This document shows positions 49,193 to 57,869 of a stretch of DNA of 64,000 bases, piece after piece. The DNA is taken from NCBI GenBank assembly GCA_963729895.1, contig CAVSQB010000005.1, forward strand, positions 224,001 through 288,000, in the 5' to 3' direction. The position numbers and the translations under genes were made by a program. The notes beneath the pieces are model-generated. The model had not been told where the DNA came from. It did no database searches and saw only the letters and a program-made list of their open reading frames with translations. The first letter of the stretch is position 1; each line of letters opens with the position of its first letter. Origin of the DNA: an uncultured Fibrobacterota bacterium. Its GTDB lineage: Bacteria > Fibrobacterota > Chitinivibrionia > Chitinivibrionales > FEN-1185.

Positions 49193-50262
49193 GCATGCGC
49201 AGCGCTGTATTCCTTTATGAAAAACGTCATGGCCGATGTAAGTGCGTCTGCAAGCGATGCGGTCGGGTTCCAGCCAAGCTGTGTTCGCGCCGCAGAGATA
49301 TCGGGCACCCGGCGATCGGAATCTTCGTACCCCGCGCCGTAAAATTCCATGGAAGTGACCGTCTGAGTGCAATAGGGGAAGTCGGCGCATTCGGGCCGCA
49401 GGTCTCGGTATAAGGCGATCATGGTTTTCGCCAGATCCGCGATAGTGGTCTCATTGGAGGGGTTGCCGATATTGAAAATGCGCCCTGTTGATTTTTGCGG
49501 ATGCTCGAGAATCGCCATGACCGCGTCCACGGCATCCGCAATGTCCGTGAACGTGCGCCTGTTTCTCCCCCCGTCAACCAGTTTGAGTGGTTTCTGCGAA
49601 AGGAGCGCCTCCATGAAACACGCAAGGACGCGCGGCACTCCGTCGCCGTCGATGCCGGGCAGAAAATCCATGCGCGGGCCGATAAAATTGAACGGCCGCA
49701 CAATGGTGTAGTCGAGGCCGTGTTCGACCCCGTGAGCATAAATGGCGCGTTCAAGCAATTGCTTTGCGCACGCGTAGGTCCACCGCTGAGCGCGGACCGG
49801 CCCCAGAACAAGGGGAGTGGTTTCCTCACGGAAGATATCGGTGCCGGAGTTGAACGGCATGCCCGCCTTGTACGAGACCGTTGCACCGTACACTTCGCAC
49901 GTTGAGAAGTGTACCAGCCGTTTTCCAAGTTTGGCGCACCGTTCCACAATGGCAAGCGGCCGGGTAAAATTGCTTTTGATCACTTCCAAGGGGATCGTGT
50001 TGTACAGCGACGGGTTGCAGAGCGCAACAAGCGAAACAACCGTGTCGCTTGTGCGAATGTATCCTTCCACGGCATCGGCGGAGTCGATGTCGATGTTTGC
50101 GTAGGTAAGCCGAGGGTTGGAAAGGTGCGGGGAGATTTTGGACGGGTTTCTGTCCACGCCGTAGATGCGCCAATTTGTGTCGTTCAGAATCCGCTCTACA
50201 AGGTGCGAGCCTATGAATCCGCCGCAGCCGAGAATGCACAGTGTCTTTGGTGCCGTGCTCAT
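49174..50262 (-). CDS. UDP-apiose/UDP-xylose synthase-like (UAS/AXS) extended SDR
   Basis: GCGGFIGSHL, ALCNPSLYN, HFSTCEVYG, QRWTYACAKQL, VRPFNFIGPRMDFLPGIDG.GVPRVLACF, EFYG.GYEDSDRR, matching recalled plant AXS motifs; no ArnA formyltransferase domain. Confidence 0.8.
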   Translation of the reverse strand: MSTAPKTLCILGCGGFIGSHLVERILNDTNWRIYGVDRNPSKISPHLSNPRLTYANIDIDSADAVEGYIRTSDTVVSLVALCNPSLYNTIPLEVIKSNFTRPLAIVERCAKLGKRLVHFSTCEVYGATVSYKAGMPFNSGTDIFREETTPLVLGPVRAQRWTYACAKQLLERAIYAHGVEHGLDYTIVRPFNFIGPRMDFLPGIDGDGVPRVLACFMEALLSQKPLKLVDGGRNRRTFTDIADAVDAVMAILEHPQKSTGRIFNIGNPSNETTIADLAKTMIALYRDLRPECADFPYCTQTVTSMEFYGAGYEDSDRRVPDISAARTQLGWNPTASLADALTSAMTFFIKEYSAAHACREAV

Positions 50263-50289
50263 GGTTCAAAAGCGCTTTTGCTGTATCCT

Positions 50290-50964
50290 TTACTGCTGCA
50301 CGCTGAAAATGCCGGTGACGTCAGAATAGTTGTTTGTATTGTAATCCATGATTTTCAGGATGCACGTGGAACTCGGATAGGTAAAGGTCCCTCCCGGTTC
50401 CGAACCGATGACCCATGTGTAGGACGTCAGCGAAGCATCCAACGATTCGGTGAGGATGTCGCCGAATGACTTGCCGCCGTCCGTTGAAAGCAGGATTCGA
50501 AGGGAGGACAGCTTGGCCGGAGTGTCTTTCCAGGTTATGGTCACCGTGGAACCAACGGCCAGGGTTTGGCCGGTTATCGGATTTGTTATGACAATATACT
50601 GAATTGAAAACGGGGCGCTGGTCCCTGCGGAATAGGTATTGCTGTTGTCTTCGACCATAATCTGAAAGCTGTCGGTGTAATTGCTTATCGGCAGAACGGC
50701 TTTTGCGGAATAATTATTGACCGTTGTAACAGACGCGAATTGCTGCCATCCGGTTCCAATGTTGTAATTATACGAAATCTTCGGGCTGGCAACCGATTGT
50801 GTCCAGGATACCAGAAGCGTGTCTCCTGCCGCGACTTTTTGTCCTGCAACGGGTTTCGTAATGGCAATGGCCGTCTTTACGGACGTCGGACTGTTGCAGG
50901 ATGCTGCCAGAAATGTCATCGCACAGAGTGCCGGTACGCACGCAATCAACAGTGATTTTTTCAT
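50290..50964 (-). CDS. Ser/Thr-rich lipoprotein with two Ig-like beta domains
   Basis: Lipobox LAASC; repeated IT.P..GQ....G.T..(I/V)(S/T)W; LSTDGGKSF. Confidence 0.7.
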   Translation of the reverse strand: MKKSLLIACVPALCAMTFLAASCNSPTSVKTAIAITKPVAGQKVAAGDTLLVSWTQSVASPKISYNYNIGTGWQQFASVTTVNNYSAKAVLPISNYTDSFQIMVEDNSNTYSAGTSAPFSIQYIVITNPITGQTLAVGSTVTITWKDTPAKLSSLRILLSTDGGKSFGDILTESLDASLTSYTWVIGSEPGGTFTYPSSTCILKIMDYNTNNYSDVTGIFSVQQ

Positions 50965-50984
50965 GGTAAAGCCTTCCGTTTATA

Positions 50985-52178
50985 TTAGAATAAGAATGTC
51001 TTTACGCCCATAAATACCGACCAGCGGTGAAACACATCGTTCCAATCCGGCCCGCGTGACCAGTCTTCCATAGGCGCCGGATCATAGGCATTGCCGGCCT
51101 GAGCATTTGTCGCGGAAGCGGTCTTCGCATGGATCGGAAGATACGCGGCGATGAATATCGGAAAATTGGACCGCGAGAATTCGAGCCCGTAGCACAATGT
51201 TGCGTTCCATACCTGGTTGTCCGGGTCCGGCGTCGGATCGTACGGCGTCCCGGTTTTCAGCGAAGGAATCCAATCGACTCCGAGCGGGACGGAAAACATC
51301 ACCCCAAAGGAATGAACAAAATCTTCCATCCCTTTATATCCATAGAATGCGGAGGCCATGAGATTGGGCGGCGTATAACCGCCGATATCGCTTTCTCCAT
51401 AGGGTTTGAAATAATAATAGAACCGGTTTTTTTCCGACCCGGTCATCAGGTCTTTTTGCTGTGGGGTAAAATTATAATATTGGTCTTTTCCGTAAAAGTT
51501 GATATTGAAAGGATATGAATAGACAAGGTCAAGCAACACCATGCTTTTGTCCATGTCGATTGTCTTTCCCATATCAAGGGTGAGGCTGTAGACGCCCGAG
51601 CCGAGCTGCAAATTGGTCGGAATATATTTCTGGTCCTTGTCGCCGCCGGTCGTTGCAGTATAGGAACCGGTCGGGACGGAAAGCGTAAAATCGTAGCTAA
51701 GATCGCCCGACGCGCCGAACGCGCCTATATAATCCAGACGAAGATCGCCCATGCCGTTATTAATAATCCCTGTTGTCGGGTCATCGACGGTTGACGTCTG
51801 CAAGGAACCCGTTTTTACCGAAAACGGAACGGTGAGCGCGAGAACCCCCGTGTACGTCGGCTTGATGCTGAAGCGAAGCTCAACGGCCCTCGAATCGGAT
51901 AGTTTGGTCTCGGTCGAAGAATACATTCCCTGGATGTCAAGTAGTCCGCCGGTGAGCTCCCGGCCTATCCATTTTGCCGTGGCGCCTCCGGCGCCGCCAG
52001 ATCCTCCGGCGCCGCAACCGCCGACACAGTCCCACGGCGTTGTTTTGACTATGGCGCGGCTGCTCCGGTCGATGTCGAAATTGTATAGAATGAAAAACAC
52101 GAGCGCCGGCAGGAAAATGCCCAGGAATAAACCCCCCTCAACAGACAAAATCCGCATGTTTTTGCCCCGGCCGTTCAT
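50985..52178 (-). CDS. Hypothetical protein, possible outer-membrane beta-barrel with Cys/Gly-rich N-terminus
   Basis: CVGGCGAGGSGGAGG; GMGDLRLD, LSVPTG.Y, QLGSG motifs; amphipathic C-terminus ending in F. Confidence 0.55.
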   Translation of the reverse strand: MNGRGKNMRILSVEGGLFLGIFLPALVFFILYNFDIDRSSRAIVKTTPWDCVGGCGAGGSGGAGGATAKWIGRELTGGLLDIQGMYSSTETKLSDSRAVELRFSIKPTYTGVLALTVPFSVKTGSLQTSTVDDPTTGIINNGMGDLRLDYIGAFGASGDLSYDFTLSVPTGSYTATTGGDKDQKYIPTNLQLGSGVYSLTLDMGKTIDMDKSMVLLDLVYSYPFNINFYGKDQYYNFTPQQKDLMTGSEKNRFYYYFKPYGESDIGGYTPPNLMASAFYGYKGMEDFVHSFGVMFSVPLGVDWIPSLKTGTPYDPTPDPDNQVWNATLCYGLEFSRSNFPIFIAAYLPIHAKTASATNAQAGNAYDPAPMEDWSRGPDWNDVFHRWSVFMGVKTFLF

Positions 52179-52180
52179 GG

Positions 52181-53302
52181 TCAGTTCCCTCCTATGTAAA
52201 CATACGGTTTTGAGGTGCTGTTGAATTGAAGAAGGTCGGGCCTGACGTTAAGCAGCAAGGTCTTCGGGGAGGCAATTTGAACAATAAAGCAGTCGTAGAC
52301 AATGGTGTTTGCCGAAGTTGACTTTGTCGCCAATGCGCAGAAGAAATTCGAGGCGTTGGTCCATTTGGGGCATTGCCATTCACCGCTTCCATACGCTGGA
52401 AGAATCTGGCCGACGTTGAAACTGTTCACAAGATTGTTGCCTGTGTCGGCGATCAGCACATACTGATGTTCCACCAGATTGCTTGAGGCCAAAGCGCCCA
52501 TGTTATTCATGTTTTGGATGCCGCCGATATTCAAGAACATCATCCGGCCTGTGAGGAGGTGGTCTAGGGTCATCGAGGGATTGCAGGTCTGCACCCCGCT
52601 GTCAATTGCGAAAAAATGTTGCGAGACGGTATTTACGATATAGGCATTTGCATATCCCGTGCACATATAGGTGCCGTCATACGACATGCCGCCATAAAAA
52701 GGATAGGGAACAATCGAGACCTTCGTTCCTGTTATTTGTCCCGTGGTATCAATGGACACTTTATAGGTATGCTTCGTTGTCAGCGTGGAATAATCGACAT
52801 GGAGAATATCCGTGGTGTCTGCATAGATAATGTACACATTGTTCAGATTGTCTTCATAAAAATGAGGATCGCTGCCGGGATCATCGATTAAATTCGGCAC
52901 CGCACCGGTATCAAGCTTCTGGCAATAGGCGGCCGCATGCTTGCTGTTATTGGGATCAACAAGGTAATAGGCAACGAGCGCTCCATTAGGAGAGATTATC
53001 GGGCACCAAACGGCCCAATCCTGCTTGTCGCTCGGCCTCTTGAGCAATTGAGGAGTAACCAATGAATCGCTGAAATCGACAAAGTACAATAGTTGAGTTC
53101 CGCCGGCTATCTGTTTCGTATATGCCAATTTGACATTTTGCGTACCCACAAACGCCTTAAGGGTGTCTTTGGAAACAAATGCATTTGGCGGCGGCGGAGG
53201 CACCGGAGTTAGGAATTGCACCGGTTTGTACGGCCAGTTCTCGCAGGACCACAGCAGAAGGCCGGCAGCAACAATGGCGACAAATGAGAGAATGGTTCTC
53301 AT
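52181..53302 (-). CDS. Lipoprotein, TolB-like propeller (TIGR02171-like C-terminal domain)
   Basis: Lipobox LWSC; LYFVDFSD, PIISPNG..VAY, YGGMSYDG, QTCNPS, EHQ, PKWTN. Confidence 0.7.
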   Translation of the reverse strand: MRTILSFVAIVAAGLLLWSCENWPYKPVQFLTPVPPPPPNAFVSKDTLKAFVGTQNVKLAYTKQIAGGTQLLYFVDFSDSLVTPQLLKRPSDKQDWAVWCPIISPNGALVAYYLVDPNNSKHAAAYCQKLDTGAVPNLIDDPGSDPHFYEDNLNNVYIIYADTTDILHVDYSTLTTKHTYKVSIDTTGQITGTKVSIVPYPFYGGMSYDGTYMCTGYANAYIVNTVSQHFFAIDSGVQTCNPSMTLDHLLTGRMMFLNIGGIQNMNNMGALASSNLVEHQYVLIADTGNNLVNSFNVGQILPAYGSGEWQCPKWTNASNFFCALATKSTSANTIVYDCFIVQIASPKTLLLNVRPDLLQFNSTSKPYVYIGGN

Positions 53303-53663
53303 GGGTACGTTTTTCCAATCAATTCAATGGGCCGTGCGGATTCCAGCACTGTCCCCGGCATGCAACCGCTTAAAATAATTGATTGCCTTCAACCATTCGT
53401 ATAACAAACGATTCGGGCCCACCCGGTACCGGAATCTTGCCGCGATCCCAAATTTTTTTACGTGAATAATCTATAATATTTTTTGCAAAACAACCGAGTC
53501 TTTTTTCTTCCTGACGGTAAGAGAGAAAAGTTAAGCTTTATGCAACCTATCTTCTTGATTCACAAAATCAAACCGGAGCAGTCAAATTGGTAAATTTTTC
53601 ACTGTTAGGAAGGGGTAAGGTAAGAAGAGGGGTGTACGTCCTTTACAAACCCGGCATGGATTT

Positions 53664-53701
53664 CTGCTCAACCCAGGCGCGAGCCTGCCTGGGTTGAGCA
53701 G
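53664..53701. terminator. Strong hairpin downstream of the 53750 gene
   Basis: Perfect 15-bp stem CTGCTCAACCCAGGC / GCCTGGGTTGAGCAG with 8-nt loop; no clear U-tract. Confidence 0.45.
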
Positions 53702-53749
53702 CTTCCCGCAAAACCAGGGACGCAATTGAGTCGAGTGGCATTTTCCACC

Positions 53750-55249
53750 TTACCTGACGTTCATCCACCGAATTACCTGCCGCTCGCCGCCATCACCGAT
53801 ACTCACAACAAAATAAATTCCCGATTTCAAGCCATGAAGTTTTTCCCGTATGAACGCCGGAGAATTCTGCGCACTGCTAATGCTGGCAAGTTTCCGGCCT
53901 GCCGGCGAATAAATGACAATTTCCGCACGCGACGACACTATGGACCCCGGCACGGAATGCAAGGCAGGCTTGAACGGGTTGATAACCCCCAGTCCGGCAC
54001 GCTGCCAGATAGTTTCTTTGAGCCAAGTGGTATCTTCCTGAAATGCATCCGGCACTTGAACCCAGACCCATGGATTGTCAAAAGAGACTGCGGAATTGGA
54101 AGTGTTTGCAGTGTCGGTGCTCTCAATGAGTTTCACATAAAGGGAATCTTTCAGATCGACAAGATATATCGACTCGGTATTGTGGGTTTGCTTCCAGGCA
54201 CCACCCACAAGCCATTCCCTGTCTACTTGCAGGCCTGAAACGGCATAGTACGGATGGTTCGACCATTCAGGGTTGTTCCACTCCTTTTCGTATGCTTCAC
54301 CAATTCCCTTCGTCGAGTCTACGGGCATAATCGTTCTGTCGGCAGGGGTGTTGTAGACCCTCAGGTCTTGGGCGTCATATCGGGAAATAAACAGCAGTTG
54401 ATGCTCTCCCCACGTCCCGAGAATCGGGTGAAAGCAATGTGCGGCCGTGAGGGCTGCCGAAGAAAAATCGTAATACAGCATGGTATTCGTGAAAATCCTG
54501 CTTGCGGAACGCGAAGGGTTGCATGCGCCGACCGTGACAGTTGTAAAAGCATCTGTGCTGTCTTTTTCCACCACCATGGTGTGAATCGGCTGGGGCAACC
54601 CGGTATTGCCCTGCAAGTCGAGCATGAAGGCGTTTGGTCCGCCGTCCCAGGCGGTATTCAAGTACCGGTTGTCCCACGAAAGTCCGCCGTAGTAGCTTCC
54701 TTGGCTACAAACAACGTCCGCCGGGCCTGGGACTTGGTTGACGATCTTCCTCTTTAACGTCTGCCCGCCCGTATAACAGAGCTGTTGGGGGCATGCAAGG
54801 CTTGTCGCATAGACGATTTCCGGCGTGTCAGGCGAGGTGTTTTGCACGAATCTGGGGACATACGCGGTGTCCGCCACTTTAACAGGTGTGCCGGCCACAG
54901 CCATCGGCCGGATCCAGGAAGTTGCCATTGCCGTGTCTGAAGACGGGAATTCGGCGTCAGTGCCGGTCTGATACGCTATCCAATTGCCATCCGAAGAAAT
55001 GACGGGCAGGTACGCCGGACCGGTAATGTTCATTTTCGAAATCTGCGGCGTTGTTGCGGAGAAATCCACAAAGTAAAGGGAGTCCTGGCATGCAAAGACG
55101 ACCTTTACGTTTGCGGTACCGCAGAGGGAAGTAATCTGGCTTTGGGAGGCGGTTATCCGCGCTTTGATTTGGGCATGCGAGTATGTGATGGCACAAATAA
55201 GGATCGTAACAAGAACGTATGGAAGACGAAACGTTGTTTTCCTATTCAT
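53750..55249 (-). CDS. Secreted TIGR02171-like propeller protein with T9SS-like C-terminal tail
   Basis: Signal peptide; LYFVDFS, PVISSDGNWIAY, GSYYGGLSWD, ACNPSRS, WGEHQ, PEWSNHPYY; tail IYSPAGR..LKSGIYFV. Confidence 0.75.
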   Translation of the reverse strand: MNRKTTFRLPYVLVTILICAITYSHAQIKARITASQSQITSLCGTANVKVVFACQDSLYFVDFSATTPQISKMNITGPAYLPVISSDGNWIAYQTGTDAEFPSSDTAMATSWIRPMAVAGTPVKVADTAYVPRFVQNTSPDTPEIVYATSLACPQQLCYTGGQTLKRKIVNQVPGPADVVCSQGSYYGGLSWDNRYLNTAWDGGPNAFMLDLQGNTGLPQPIHTMVVEKDSTDAFTTVTVGACNPSRSASRIFTNTMLYYDFSSAALTAAHCFHPILGTWGEHQLLFISRYDAQDLRVYNTPADRTIMPVDSTKGIGEAYEKEWNNPEWSNHPYYAVSGLQVDREWLVGGAWKQTHNTESIYLVDLKDSLYVKLIESTDTANTSNSAVSFDNPWVWVQVPDAFQEDTTWLKETIWQRAGLGVINPFKPALHSVPGSIVSSRAEIVIYSPAGRKLASISSAQNSPAFIREKLHGLKSGIYFVVSIGDGGERQVIRWMNVR

Positions 55250-55302
55250 TTCCCGCTCCCTAAAAAAAACATTTTGAACAAAGTCCACAATCGCGATCCC
55301 CA

Positions 55303-55333
55303 AAAAAACCGCCGCCCAGGGCGGCGGTTTTTT
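55303..55333. terminator. Bidirectional rho-independent terminator
   Basis: AAAAAACCGCCGCCC-A-GGGCGGCGGTTTTTT, just downstream of the 55357 stop. Confidence 0.8.
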
Positions 55334-55356
55334 GCCGGGCTATCACAATTCCCCGT

Positions 55357-56097
55357 CTACGGATTCTTGATCCGGAAATAACAATCCGAATAATCCATGA
55401 TTCCGGGACTGTTGTAATTGGAGATTTCAATCAAGCATGAATCGGTCACGCTGCTGACCATAGTCATGCCCTGTTGCATGGAATCCGTAATGGTAAAGAT
55501 TAAAGTATCGACAGCGGAGTTCCCTTGCATGTATTTAGTCAATGGGCCGGACGGCGGCATCAATTCGTACCGCCCGATAAGGATAGTAAACAATGCTGAA
55601 CCCGAAAGTTTGGACGCTACTAAAACCGTACATTGATCGCCGACATGAAACGTCTCACCGCCGTTGGGAGAAATGATCCGGTACACCGTATCAGACGGAT
55701 CCGGAGGATAAGGACAACCGGTTGTCACCATGAGCGTTGCAGCGGCTGACGTTACGCTCCCCCCCGAGTTTTTGACAACAACGTCGTAGGCGCCTGCGTC
55801 AGTAAGCGCAACTGAAGCGATGGCATAGCTTGCGCTTGTCGCGCCAATAATAATTATGCCATCCTTCCGCCACTGATAGGTGGGCGCAGGATCTCCATTT
55901 GCCGCAACCGTGAAGGCTACGGATTGGCCTACGGTTATTGTCTGCGACACCGGCTGCGTGGTGATCGCAGGGGCCGACACCGGATTCGTCGGCGACTTGT
56001 TGCAGCAGCAAAAAATGCCCAGGAGAAAAACGCCGGCAAAGAAGGGGCGCCGACTTACGGCGCCCCTTCCAAAGGCAAAGACATTACTTGACATCAA
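55357..56097 (-). CDS. Lipoprotein with I-set Ig domain
   Basis: FCCC lipobox; PAITTQPVSQT...F.VAANG.P.PTYQWRKDG...DAGAYDVVV.N..GSVTS..ATL; second SPNGGE domain. Confidence 0.8.
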   Translation of the reverse strand: MMSSNVFAFGRGAVSRRPFFAGVFLLGIFCCCNKSPTNPVSAPAITTQPVSQTITVGQSVAFTVAANGDPAPTYQWRKDGIIIIGATSASYAIASVALTDAGAYDVVVKNSGGSVTSAAATLMVTTGCPYPPDPSDTVYRIISPNGGETFHVGDQCTVLVASKLSGSALFTILIGRYELMPPSGPLTKYMQGNSAVDTLIFTITDSMQQGMTMVSSVTDSCLIEISNYNSPGIMDYSDCYFRIKNP

Positions 56098-56133
56098 ACT
56101 ACCCCCTCAGCGGAAGAAATAATACGCGATGCA

Positions 56134-57540
56134 TCAATAGTTGCCGACAACCATGCGCTTCATGACTCCGTTCGGGGTCACGGAATAATAAATACCCGCG
56201 GGAAGTTTCAGCGCTGTCGTGGTTCTTAACACGATGCGACCTCTCACATCAACAATATAGGTGGCCTGAGACGGAACGGCGCCGTACTCCAAACGACTCC
56301 CGTGCAACGGTGTAATGGTTCCAACGCTGGTCGTATCGATCCAGACGGCCGGAAACTCCAGGAGCGTACTGTGACTCACCGGAGTCAGCGGCCTCAGAAT
56401 TCTGGTCCACGTGTTGTCAGGATAGTGAACAAGCCAGATCGCGCCGGTGTCGGGACAAGCCTTGCGGATATTTATTGAATCTGCGGGTAAATTATAATTA
56501 GCCAATTGCAGGCTTCCAACGATGTATTCGTTATTATTAGTAAAACTCCAACGTCCAAAATCAGCCCCATAGTCGCTGTATAAAGGAATCCCGTCAAGAG
56601 TATCGTTGGGAAGGTAACTGAAAAATCGTTTAGGCGCCCAATTTATACTGACAGCTTCCGTCTTTACAAGGGTAGCAACCCATGGGACAGGGGTGGCAGT
56701 TTGTTCTTGAAATGGGACCAGCGTGAGCGAATGGTGACGAAAATTGCACGTTTGATCCGCCAGGCAGAGACACCACGATGCATATCCGGAATTGTAGCCT
56801 CCAATAGCTCCGTCATGAGATATTACACACATACAACCAGCCACCTGCTGCGTGGTCGGCACCCATAAATTGGCATCGGTAGCATTGCCGGTCGCGGGAA
56901 TAGTGGCCATACGGGGACAATCATAGCCAGCGGTATTTATTCGTGCAAAAAAATGGTTGGCTGCAATTCCAAAAGTAAACGATATTTGGCCGCCAAAATG
57001 AGCGACTAGTTGATCGGTACCAAAGGTAGGCGCCGCATTGGCGCTGAATGTTACGGGAACTGCATGCACATCTGCATCTCCGTTGGCTCTATAGGCAACT
57101 TCCACTTTTTTATTGGTGGGAGTACTTCCCGGGGCATCATACCAGAACGAACAAACACCAAAGCCGGGGCCCGGGCCGCCGCCGAGGCTCACAACAGGCA
57201 CCTGTGTTTTAAATTGACCATCGATACGGATGATATAAAGCTTACCGCCCCCGTAATAGAGGACCCACTGGCCATCTTCGGTTATTGCCGCGCTCGCGCA
57301 ATTGCCGTCACCGGCGGTGTTTGGAATAGGCGTTGCATTAAGTGATCCTAAGGGAGCTGTTACCAGACCGGCCCCGGAATAAAAACAAGACACTACCGTT
57401 CCCTTGACAGGGAGCGTGTACCCGGAATCTACATAGGTGGCATTGCACACCTTGTGGACAAAAACCGGACACTGCGCCGAAGCCATGCCGACACACAAAA
57501 GAAAAGCCGCCGCCAACCGATACGTGTAAATCCGCCTCAT
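56134..57540 (-). CDS. Secreted Cys-rich protein, divergent propeller-like, T9SS-like tail
   Basis: Signal peptide; AITEDGQWVLY; FPAVWID; tail IVDVRGR..LPAGIYY. Confidence 0.65.
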   Translation of the reverse strand: MRRIYTYRLAAAFLLCVGMASAQCPVFVHKVCNATYVDSGYTLPVKGTVVSCFYSGAGLVTAPLGSLNATPIPNTAGDGNCASAAITEDGQWVLYYGGGKLYIIRIDGQFKTQVPVVSLGGGPGPGFGVCSFWYDAPGSTPTNKKVEVAYRANGDADVHAVPVTFSANAAPTFGTDQLVAHFGGQISFTFGIAANHFFARINTAGYDCPRMATIPATGNATDANLWVPTTQQVAGCMCVISHDGAIGGYNSGYASWCLCLADQTCNFRHHSLTLVPFQEQTATPVPWVATLVKTEAVSINWAPKRFFSYLPNDTLDGIPLYSDYGADFGRWSFTNNNEYIVGSLQLANYNLPADSINIRKACPDTGAIWLVHYPDNTWTRILRPLTPVSHSTLLEFPAVWIDTTSVGTITPLHGSRLEYGAVPSQATYIVDVRGRIVLRTTTALKLPAGIYYSVTPNGVMKRMVVGNY

Positions 57541-57681
57541 GTTTGATCCCCCCCCTTGGCTTTTGTTAATCGGTTCACTATCCTCGCATTACCTTAACAT
57601 TCCATTCGCTGTCCCGTGGATGGATACTGATAATATGAAAACACGGACATTTTCTTGATTCAAGATTATGCGTTCACACGA

Positions 57682-57708
57682 ATTGTTCGTTAATGTGTAA
57701 CGAACAAT
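57682..57708. promoter_or_regulatory. Perfect 11-bp inverted repeat, candidate operator
   Basis: ATTGTTCGTTA-ATGTG-TAACGAACAAT in the AT-rich region upstream of the 57540 start. Confidence 0.45.
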
Positions 57709-57869
57709 GATCACCCCGCATTCCTGAACCGCGCTGCAAACGATACCTATTAATAATATACAGTTTTCGGGAAGGTTTGTTGGAAAAAAAAGATGCGGGA
57801 CGAACTTTTCGTACTCAACATGAATACTTAACGACAAGAACAGACTGTTCAGGCAATTACTAAGCGCCT

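Noticed and set aside
49174..50262. Calling this gene arnA
   Set aside because: No formyltransferase domain, no arnB/D/T nearby, and AXS-type cysteine motifs.
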